In this document: positions 1 to 7,725 of the stretch, piece by piece
Numbering within the stretch: the stretch's first letter is position 1
Layout of the letters: each line of letters begins with the position of its first letter
The notes under the pieces: generated by a model
Told to the model about the DNA's origin: nothing
The model's database searches: none
Seen by the model: the letters and a program-made list of their open reading frames with translations, nothing else
Virus record (IMG/VR): IMGVR_UViG_3300045988_032262
DNA from: a virus
Reading direction: 5' to 3' (one strand)
DNA length: 34,146 nucleotides
Position numbers and translations under genes: made by a program

Positions 1-119
1 CTTAAAATCTGAACACTACTCAATAATAGATATAAGAGAACATAGCATAGACCCTGATACTTTACAGTTAACAGCGGTCTTTTTTGTTGCTTTCGATAGA
101 TTTATTTAACAAAAAAAAG
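1..119. repeat. Left copy of a 119-bp terminal redundancy, identical to 34028..34146. It carries the 3' end of the gene at 33765..34136.
   Basis: Base-by-base comparison of the two window ends: both read cttaaaatctgaacactactc...tttatttaacaaaaaaaag. Confidence 0.95.
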
Positions 120-131
120 GAGAAAATATAT

Positions 132-740
132 ATGGCAATTGTAGGTTTGAAATTAGTGAAACTTGCTTTGGTTGACCCAAAAACTCAACAAATTATTAAA
201 GGTGTAGAAGGCCTTTCAACTGACGGTGTAATCGAAATCGATTCTAAAATGCTTGGTACTCGTACCGCTAACATCTCAAACTTGGAAGGACAAGCTACTA
301 AAGTCCCAGGAAACAACGAAGTACAGGATGTTATGATTGGACCCGGTTCACCAACGGTTGCTTTTGAATTTAACAACCTTGATTTTGATATCAAACAAAA
401 AATCCTTGGATTCAAATCGGATAAAAAAGGTGGATATGTGTACCAAGGTGAAAAACCACACGTTGCAGTATTGATTGAGTCACAAACGCTTGACCGTAAA
501 AACTCAGTTTACTTTGGGTTTGCTAATGGGATCTTCCAAGAGTCAACACAGAACGTAGCTACAGATACAGACACCGCTCAAACCCGTCAAAACGACCACT
601 TGACATATAACGCATTGTCAGCGACTGCATTTGGCGGTGAGCCAATCAAGAAATACTTCACGGGTTCATCAACTTTCGATAAAGCTAATATGTACAAAGA
701 AGTTTTCGGTGGTTACACACTAACTTCTACAGCAGTTTAA
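132..740 (+). CDS. Major tail protein (202 aa)
   Basis: ATG at 132 lies 9 nt after AAGGAG (117..122); the 84 start in the ORF track has no RBS. It sits immediately upstream of the chaperone and tape measure genes. Size and sequence (MAIVGLKLVKLALVDP...) match my recall of Sfi21-type major tail proteins. A strong terminator follows. Confidence 0.8.
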   Translation: MAIVGLKLVKLALVDPKTQQIIKGVEGLSTDGVIEIDSKMLGTRTANISNLEGQATKVPGNNEVQDVMIGPGSPTVAFEFNNLDFDIKQKILGFKSDKKGGYVYQGEKPHVAVLIESQTLDRKNSVYFGFANGIFQESTQNVATDTDTAQTRQNDHLTYNALSATAFGGEPIKKYFTGSSTFDKANMYKEVFGGYTLTSTAV

Positions 741-758
741 CACATCATAATTCGCAAA

Positions 759-793
759 GAGGTCAGGCTTATGGCCTGGCCTCTATTTTTTTT
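759..793 (+). terminator. Rho-independent terminator after the major tail gene
   Basis: Stem gaggtcaggc (759..768) pairs with gcctggcctc (774..783) with one G-U pair. Loop is ttatg, followed by tatttttttt. Confidence 0.7.
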
Positions 794-812
794 AAAAAGG
801 AGTAAGACCATA

Positions 813-1166
813 ATGGAAATCAGAACTATTAAAATCCCAGAAATCAGTAAAAAACCATTCACAGTAACTACAAGCAACCGCAATGTATTGCGTATGCATG
901 AGTATCAGTTAGCAGTACTTAAAATCAGTGACACAATTGAAGATGGCGACACACAAGAGCAGGCTCAAGGTAGTTACTCAATCCTTAAAGAAATGCTTGG
1001 CTTTATCCGTGCTGTTCTTAACTTGAATGATGAAGATTATGACAAGTTACTCGATTTGGAAAATAAACGTACACAAGAGATTGCTGAGAAATTAGTGGGC
1101 TATATGTATGGTTTGACAGATGAGCAACTTGAAAATGCAACTGGTGAAACTGACCCAAAAGAATAA
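813..1166 (+). CDS. Tail assembly chaperone, gpG-like
   Basis: ATG at 813 is preceded by AAAGGAG (797..803). It sits between the major tail and tape measure genes, encodes an acidic C-terminus, and has a slippery site just before its stop codon. Confidence 0.75.
   Translation: MEIRTIKIPEISKKPFTVTTSNRNVLRMHEYQLAVLKISDTIEDGDTQEQAQGSYSILKEMLGFIRAVLNLNDEDYDKLLDLENKRTQEIAEKLVGYMYGLTDEQLENATGETDPKE
1154..1160 (+). promoter_or_regulatory. -1 programmed ribosomal frameshift slippery heptamer, C CCA AAA
   Basis: An XXXYYYZ heptamer in the correct phase of the chaperone ORF, 4 nt before its stop. The -1 frame is open from 1154 to 1357. Confidence 0.7.
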
Positions 1167-1357
1167 AATCAAAAGGTGAACAAATTTTTGATTTAGAAAA
1201 TGGCATAGAGAATTTGAAGCTCATCGCTAAGAGATCGATTCAAGGTTTTGGTTGGACGTTGGAACAGTATTACGACACTGATTATTATGAATTGATGAAA
1301 ATCTTGAATGCAAAAGAGGAAGAGAATAGGATGGTAGACCCAACATCCTTACTCTAA
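1154..1357 (+). CDS. -1 frame extension giving a gpGT-like fusion chaperone (813..1160 joined to 1160..1357)
   Basis: The -1 frame reads PKRIKSKGEQIFDLENGIENLKLIAKRSIQGFGWTLEQYYDTDYYELMKILNAKEEENRMVDPTSLL* and has no start codon or RBS of its own. This is the conserved G/GT arrangement found upstream of tape measure genes. Confidence 0.7.
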   Translation, partial: PKRIKSKGEQIFDLENGIENLKLIAKRSIQGFGWTLEQYYDTDYYELMKILNAKEEENRMVDPTSLL

Positions 1358-1384
1358 TTTTTTAAGGAAAGGAGGGAATATAAC

Positions 1385-4300
1385 ATGGCGAAAATACAAG
1401 CTACCATGTCTACTGAAATAGCCTTAGACACGCTTCAGGCTGCTGACTCGATTAAACGATTAACTCAGTTAGTCAATAGTTCTACAAATGCTTGGAAGGC
1501 TCAAGAAAGTCAGATGCGAAGCGCTGGCGACTATTTAGGTGCTGCACAAGCCAAATATGACGGTTTGAGTAACACCATCCAGAACCAACAGCAAAAGATT
1601 GAGAAACTGAAACAAGAACAGTCTCAACTTAAAGGGAGCACCGTCGAAGTCGCCGAACAGTACCTTAAGTACCAACAACAAATCGACCAAGCTACTACAC
1701 GCTTAGCTGCGTTGGAAAATCAACAACGTCAAGCTAAGCAAAGCCTTGATTATCATAAGTCTGGTTTGGCAGAGCTTCAAAAGGAATATAAAGCCCAAAA
1801 CGAGGCATCTGATACCTACATCAAGCGTTTAAAGGCAGAGGGCAAGGAATACGAAGCTAGACAGGAACAGCTCAAGCAATACAAGGGTTCAATCGCTAAC
1901 CTAAACAAGCAGTATGAGACCCAAAAAGAAATGCTTGAGCGTATCGCTACTCAAGCAGGAAAGACTAGCGATGAATACCGTAAGCAAAAGCAACGCTTAG
2001 ATGAGACAGCTACTAGCTTGGCTCATGCTCGTAATGCTGCTGATAGATTGAATGACGAGATTGAACAAAGTCAACGTTCTAGCACGTTCATCGGACACTT
2101 GAAAGAAAGCTTTCACCGTTTGGGGAATGAAGTCGACGATACTGAACAAAAGACCTCACGTTTAAAAGGTATCTTTGGGGCTACGTTTACAGCTAATCTT
2201 ATCAGCAACGGTTTCCAAAATGCGTTGGGAGCTATCAAGGGTAAATTTGACGAAATTGCCCAATCCAGTTCCGAATACGTTAAATACCAACAAACCATGA
2301 ACGCCACTTGGTTGACCTTAACGGGTAATGCTGAAGAAGGTAAGAAGATGGTCGATATGACCAACCAAATGGCACAAGCAGCGGCTAACTCAACCGAAAT
2401 GGTTGATGGTATGAACCAAAAATTCTATGCAGTCACTCACAACATCGACTTAACTAAACAGCAAACACAAGCTATCTTGACTTTGCAAGACGCTTTTGGG
2501 CAAACCGATGCAGCAGTTGAAAACTTTAGTGTGCAATGGTCACAAATGATTGCGAACGGCAAGGTTTCAGGTCAAGACATGTTGTCAATTATCAACGTCT
2601 TCCCAGAAATGAAGCAAGCTATTAAAGACGTTGCAGCTGAACAGCTTGGTATTGCGAACATGACAACTGAACAGTTTGCCAAACTGCAAAGCGAAGGCAA
2701 GATTACGTCAGATATGGCTATCGAGGCTCTGCTTCGAACGAAAGACAAATACAAAGATGCAACCGAGAACTTCGCAGGCACTATCGGCGGTATGGAGCGT
2801 ACCCTCAATAGTCGTATGCCAGCGATTATCGCAGCTTTCCGCGACCCAATTGATAAAATGAAAAACCCATTTTTAGGTAAGGTTAGTGAATGGGTAGCTG
2901 ACAAGAGCACGGAAGACAAGTTTAAAACACTTGGTGAACACAGTGCTAAAGGCTTGGAAAATATCTCCAACGCTTTCGCAAAAGTCTTTAATATGGGCGA
3001 TGGCACAGATAAGCTCAATTCATTCATGGACAAGATGATTGAATGGGTTGATAAAACGAGTGATAAAATTGCTCAAAATGCTCCTAAAATCGCTAGCTTC
3101 TTTACCGAACTCAAAAAAGGTTTGGGTTACATCATAGAAATTGGCAAGGCTTTTGGTGAAGGTGTTTGGGAGGCGACTAAAGGCATTGTTGAAGGTATCG
3201 CTGGAGCTTTTAAAACGCTGAATGGCAACAGTAAGAAATCAAAAGAACCTATCAAGGGCGTTTCGGATGCTTTAGGTGAAATCGCTAAGCACAAAGAGGC
3301 TATCCAGACCATCGGTAAATTATTCGTTGGTTACTTTGCATCAAAAGCAGTTTTAAATACCTCAAAATCACTTTTCGGAACGATAACAGATGGTATTTCA
3401 AACGTCAAAAAAGCTGGTAGTAAGGTCAATGGCGCTTTAAATTGGGTTATGGGCGTTCGTGGAGAAGACGCAGTAAATAATAAACTTGGTGGCATTAAGA
3501 AGATTGGTAGAGGAACTAAATCAGCTTTTAAATGGACTGCTTCTGTAGCAACTAAAACTGCTAAATTAGCTTTAACGGGATTACTAAACACTGCTAAATT
3601 TGTAGGTAACGGTATTAAACTTGCATTTAATTTTTCTAAAGCAAATCCACTGATTTTAATTGCTACAGCTGTAATCGGTATATCTACTGCTCTCTACGAA
3701 CTTTACAAACACAATAAGAAATTCAAGAAATTTGTTGATGATTTAGCAAAGAACGCAAAAAAAGCATTTGACAACATTGTCAAATGGTTTAAGGATATTC
3801 CTAAAAATCTTAGCAAGACTTGGGAAAACATCAAAGACGGCGCTAAAAGCGGCATGAAAAATCTTGGTTCTGCTATCACCGGTAAACTTTCTGACATCGG
3901 TAAAGAGTGGAAGAAAGGCTGGAAGAATTCCAAAGACTATCTATCAGACCGCTGGGATGATATGAAAGGCAATACTAAGGAAAGTATTAAACGTCTTGGG
4001 TCTTCTATCAAAGATAAGCATGATGAAATCCACGACAGATGGTCTAAGACTTGGAACAAATCAAAAGATTTCCTATCAGACCGCTGGGATGACATGAATG
4101 CTGACGCTAAGAAGAAATTCGGCAAGGATTTAAAAGGTTTACTCTTTAGTAATCTAGACGCTATCGGAAGCAAATTTCAAGACATCTGGAATGGTATTCG
4201 CAATGGCTTCAGTGACATGTGGAACGGTTTGAAAGATTTGGCTGGTAACGGTATTAATGCGGTCATCAAAATTCCGAACGATGGTATCGACGGCATCAAC

Positions 4301-6169
4301 GGCTTAATCCACGACTTCGGTGGTCCGAAGAACGCAATCGGTAAAATCCCTAAAGTTAAATTTGCGGATGGTACAGGTCTATTCAGCTCATACCGAAACC
4401 CAATCACTAGACCAACACTTGCTACACTAAACGATGGTAACGATAGCCCTGAGACTAACAACCAAGAGATGGTAATATTGCCAAACGGTAAATCATTCTT
4501 GCCACAAGGTCGCAATGTTGAATACCTCTTGCCAGCTGGTTCGGAAGTTATCAATGCCAGTGAATTGGCTATGCTCATGGGTGTTGAACGTGGAGCTTAT
4601 GCTAAAGGTACTGGTTTTTGGTCTAAAATCTGGGATACAACTACCAATGTAGCTGGCTCAGTTTGGAATGGGCTGAAAAACGGTGTCGACAAATTCAAAA
4701 AAATGATTGATTTTGTCAGAAGTGCTATTACAGACCCTGTTGGTACACTAGCTAAAACATTTAGTCCTAATGCTGATAAATTGGGCGCTATGTTTACCCC
4801 GCTCGGAAATGCGTTGTATAAGAAACCTGTCGGAGAAGCTAAAAATTGGTGGAAAGAACTCTGGTCAATGGCTAATGCTTCAATGGACGAAGGCACTGTA
4901 GCTATAGGCGCTAAAGGCGACGACTATCGCTTCAAAGATAAAGCGAAAGACGCTGGAGTAGACCCATGGGGGTACTACTATCGTGAGTGTGTATCGTTCA
5001 TTGCTAGTCGTTTGGCAAATCTTGGTGTTAACCCTAGTCTATTCAGTCACCTTGGTGATGGTAGGATGTGGGTCTCTGCAAGAGTGCCACACTTAAGTAG
5101 ACCAAAACCTGGTGTAGTATCTGTCTACACAGGAGGGCCAGTTTCAAGTAACCACGTTGACTTTGTAACAGCTGTGCACGGTGATACTTATGATGGTGAA
5201 GATTACAACTATAACGGTGATGGTAAATATCATCAATTTACAGGTCGTCATGTCAAAAATGCTGCTACATTTCTTGATTTCGGTGTTCGAGATTTTGGAA
5301 GCAGTGGCGAAGACGGAAAACCGCTTAAGGATAAAAACAACCCACTTCAAACTTTGATTAAACGTCAAGTTGGTGGTATGTTCGATTGGATTAAGAAAAC
5401 GCTTGGTCCGTTGCTCAGCCCAGCAGGCGGCGGTGAAGACCATCCACAAGGGATTGGGGTTGATCGTTGGCGTGATACGGTAGTTAGAGCGCTTGAAGCT
5501 AACGGTATAGAACCAAACAACTTCCGTGTTTCTAAGATTTTAGCTACCATCCAGAGAGAATCAAATGGCGACCCTAATGCTCAAAATAATTGGGATAGTA
5601 ACGCACTAGCAGGCCATCCATCAATTGGTTTGATGCAAACCATCGGGCCTACTTTTAACGCTTATAAACACAAAGGGCACGACAATATCCGAAACGGTTA
5701 CGATAACTTGCTCGCTGCAATCAACTACATCAAACATCGCTATGGAACGTCAGACGCAGCCTTTAACCGTGTGGCTGCTTATGGTTACGCAAACGGTGGC
5801 CTAGTCCAAAAGAACGGTGTTTATGAGCTCGCTGAGGGTGATATGCCAGAGTATGTTATTCCAACCGATATTGCAAAACGTGGTAGAGCGTGGCAATTGC
5901 TTTCTGAAGCAGTAGCACGCTTTGCTGGAGATGCACCACAAGGAAATTCTGATAATACATCAAACCATAAGCGTGTTTCTGTACTAGAAGACAAGCTAGA
6001 CGTCATGATTGGTTTGCTTAGTCAATTGGTAACTAATGGCTCTAAGCCAATTGAGATTCAAAATATCATCGATGGTAGAAGTGTTTCAAACGGTTTAGCG
6101 CCATTTATGACAAAAGCCACAAACGAATATGAGCGCAGGCAAGCGCTGTTAGGAGGTCAAATTATTTGA
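1385..6169 (+). CDS. Tape measure protein (1594 aa) with internal CHAP peptidase and lytic transglycosylase (SLT) domains
   Basis: It is the largest ORF, has a coiled-coil N-terminus and a TM-like segment (ANPLILIATAVIGISTALY), and carries W-rich repeats. CHAP-like region: ...YYYRECVSF...SSNHVDFV (about 4907..5260). SLT motif: IQRESNGDP...GLMQ...Y (about 5480..5790). Confidence 0.9.
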   Translation: MAKIQATMSTEIALDTLQAADSIKRLTQLVNSSTNAWKAQESQMRSAGDYLGAAQAKYDGLSNTIQNQQQKIEKLKQEQSQLKGSTVEVAEQYLKYQQQIDQATTRLAALENQQRQAKQSLDYHKSGLAELQKEYKAQNEASDTYIKRLKAEGKEYEARQEQLKQYKGSIANLNKQYETQKEMLERIATQAGKTSDEYRKQKQRLDETATSLAHARNAADRLNDEIEQSQRSSTFIGHLKESFHRLGNEVDDTEQKTSRLKGIFGATFTANLISNGFQNALGAIKGKFDEIAQSSSEYVKYQQTMNATWLTLTGNAEEGKKMVDMTNQMAQAAANSTEMVDGMNQKFYAVTHNIDLTKQQTQAILTLQDAFGQTDAAVENFSVQWSQMIANGKVSGQDMLSIINVFPEMKQAIKDVAAEQLGIANMTTEQFAKLQSEGKITSDMAIEALLRTKDKYKDATENFAGTIGGMERTLNSRMPAIIAAFRDPIDKMKNPFLGKVSEWVADKSTEDKFKTLGEHSAKGLENISNAFAKVFNMGDGTDKLNSFMDKMIEWVDKTSDKIAQNAPKIASFFTELKKGLGYIIEIGKAFGEGVWEATKGIVEGIAGAFKTLNGNSKKSKEPIKGVSDALGEIAKHKEAIQTIGKLFVGYFASKAVLNTSKSLFGTITDGISNVKKAGSKVNGALNWVMGVRGEDAVNNKLGGIKKIGRGTKSAFKWTASVATKTAKLALTGLLNTAKFVGNGIKLAFNFSKANPLILIATAVIGISTALYELYKHNKKFKKFVDDLAKNAKKAFDNIVKWFKDIPKNLSKTWENIKDGAKSGMKNLGSAITGKLSDIGKEWKKGWKNSKDYLSDRWDDMKGNTKESIKRLGSSIKDKHDEIHDRWSKTWNKSKDFLSDRWDDMNADAKKKFGKDLKGLLFSNLDAIGSKFQDIWNGIRNGFSDMWNGLKDLAGNGINAVIKIPNDGIDGINGLIHDFGGPKNAIGKIPKVKFADGTGLFSSYRNPITRPTLATLNDGNDSPETNNQEMVILPNGKSFLPQGRNVEYLLPAGSEVINASELAMLMGVERGAYAKGTGFWSKIWDTTTNVAGSVWNGLKNGVDKFKKMIDFVRSAITDPVGTLAKTFSPNADKLGAMFTPLGNALYKKPVGEAKNWWKELWSMANASMDEGTVAIGAKGDDYRFKDKAKDAGVDPWGYYYRECVSFIASRLANLGVNPSLFSHLGDGRMWVSARVPHLSRPKPGVVSVYTGGPVSSNHVDFVTAVHGDTYDGEDYNYNGDGKYHQFTGRHVKNAATFLDFGVRDFGSSGEDGKPLKDKNNPLQTLIKRQVGGMFDWIKKTLGPLLSPAGGGEDHPQGIGVDRWRDTVVRALEANGIEPNNFRVSKILATIQRESNGDPNAQNNWDSNALAGHPSIGLMQTIGPTFNAYKHKGHDNIRNGYDNLLAAINYIKHRYGTSDAAFNRVAAYGYANGGLVQKNGVYELAEGDMPEYVIPTDIAKRGRAWQLLSEAVARFAGDAPQGNSDNTSNHKRVSVLEDKLDVMIGLLSQLVTNGSKPIEIQNIIDGRSVSNGLAPFMTKATNEYERRQALLGGQII

Positions 6170-7725
6170 TAGGAATGTCAGTAACTTATGACGGCAAGAA
6201 CTTAACCGAATTATTCAATGAAGGTCAAGGACGTGCCGTTCCAGTGGATGTCACCAAAAACGTGGCATCAAATTTCAACAACAACTATCAAGACCAAGGG
6301 CACAGGCGTTATGGTCAGCAATTCCTATATAACACCTTATCAGTTAAACAGATTCAAGTATCGTTTACTCTAGTTGGTAACTACGATTACTTTAATAGCG
6401 TAGCTGAAACGCTTGGTGGCTATCTGAATGTAGATAAACCGAAACCATTGATTTTCGGAGATGAACCTAATAAGGTTTGGGAAGCTATCCCGTCTGGTCA
6501 AGCATCGTTAGCAGTTGATAAGAACACCTCACCGATTACCGCAACAGTAACGGTTACATTTGATGTTCCCAAAAGTTACAGCGAAAACAAAGCCGAAGCC
6601 TTGGTAAGTAGCGATGGCGAAACCAAGTTCGGCAGTATTAAAAAGGTATCGACTGGGCATTACAAGGCAACTTTAAAGAACTTTGGTACGGCTGAAACAT
6701 ACCCAGATATTAAGTTAAAATTTAATTCAGATAATGGCTGGGTTGGGATTGTGAAATCTGCTACTGAAAGCTACGAGGTTGGTAATCCTAAAGAATGGGA
6801 TAACCAAACGGTTAAAAAGTCAGAGGTACTGTTTGATTACGCTTCATCAAACGGAGAGCACAGAATCCCTAACGGTTTATCTCAAGGATTGAAAAATGTT
6901 GGTATCTCAAATGATAATATCAACGACACCAAGCCAAACGGAACTCTTTATATCGATAATGCTTGGGGTCGTCCTCACATTGCATTACAGAGCGGTCAAG
7001 TAGCATCGGTTACTTTTGACATACCAAGGGATTCAAGCGGTGAAAAAGGTGCGCTATATGAATACTTTTGGTGGAGACAAATTTTTTGGCTCGGCTCTGC
7101 AAACCAAATGGGATACTTAAAAATCTGTGTAACAGATGCAAGCGGCACTTTCTTGTATGGTGTTGAAACTTTTAAACGTTACAATGGTTTAGGCTGTGAA
7201 TATAATTTTCTAGCTGGTGACGGCAAGGGAGGTTTCCGTATTGTCGACAGGAAGAATTTTTTAGGAACGCACATCGAGCAGCACAACCCATTTAATGAAC
7301 CTAGGGGATGGTCAGATATTATGCGGTTTGATGATGTCGTTCAGTACTACTGGTGGGGTTCATACCCAAGATATTCTATCCCTGAAATAAAGGGTAAAAA
7401 ATCAGACAAAATCCATGTTATCTTTGGAAGGGTTGGTAACGCTCCTCTTGTAACACATATGTATTTGGATGATTTTATTTATCGAAAAGACCACGTCACC
7501 AAAGAGGAAGACATACCTAATCGTTTTCATATGGGTTCTATCCTTGAAATCGATATGTCTAGAGGTAAGACCCTAATTGATAACTTGCCAGCCAATAACG
7601 AGTTAACATACTTATCTGAGCCATTCAGTATCGATACTGGTGAAACAGAAATTGACATCTATACCAATAGTTGGATAAGAAACGATCCAACGATTGAAAT
7701 TTCTTGGAAGGAGCGTTTTGTTTAA
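6166..7725 (+). CDS. Distal tail protein (Dit), extended form (519 aa)
   Basis: It directly follows the tape measure gene and overlaps its stop. TTG at 6166 lies 9 nt after GGAGG; an alternative ATG is at 6175. Its length well exceeds a minimal Dit, which suggests inserted (carbohydrate-binding?) domains. Confidence 0.7.
   Translation: MIGMSVTYDGKNLTELFNEGQGRAVPVDVTKNVASNFNNNYQDQGHRRYGQQFLYNTLSVKQIQVSFTLVGNYDYFNSVAETLGGYLNVDKPKPLIFGDEPNKVWEAIPSGQASLAVDKNTSPITATVTVTFDVPKSYSENKAEALVSSDGETKFGSIKKVSTGHYKATLKNFGTAETYPDIKLKFNSDNGWVGIVKSATESYEVGNPKEWDNQTVKKSEVLFDYASSNGEHRIPNGLSQGLKNVGISNDNINDTKPNGTLYIDNAWGRPHIALQSGQVASVTFDIPRDSSGEKGALYEYFWWRQIFWLGSANQMGYLKICVTDASGTFLYGVETFKRYNGLGCEYNFLAGDGKGGFRIVDRKNFLGTHIEQHNPFNEPRGWSDIMRFDDVVQYYWWGSYPRYSIPEIKGKKSDKIHVIFGRVGNAPLVTHMYLDDFIYRKDHVTKEEDIPNRFHMGSILEIDMSRGKTLIDNLPANNELTYLSEPFSIDTGETEIDIYTNSWIRNDPTIEISWKERFV

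Noticed and set aside
84-131. N-terminal extensions proposed by the ORF track, for example 84 for the major tail protein, 771 for the chaperone, 7704 for Tal, 12505, 22619, 24712 and 16693
   Set aside because: In each case an internal ATG with a properly spaced Shine-Dalgarno exists. The extension either lacks an RBS or overlaps a terminator or the upstream gene.
2113-6006. A series of minus-strand ORFs (60-153 aa) inside the tape measure gene
   Set aside because: They are shadow ORFs antisense to a long, clearly coding gene. None has an RBS, their composition is Ser/Leu/Pro-rich as expected of antisense frames, and I recognise no motifs.
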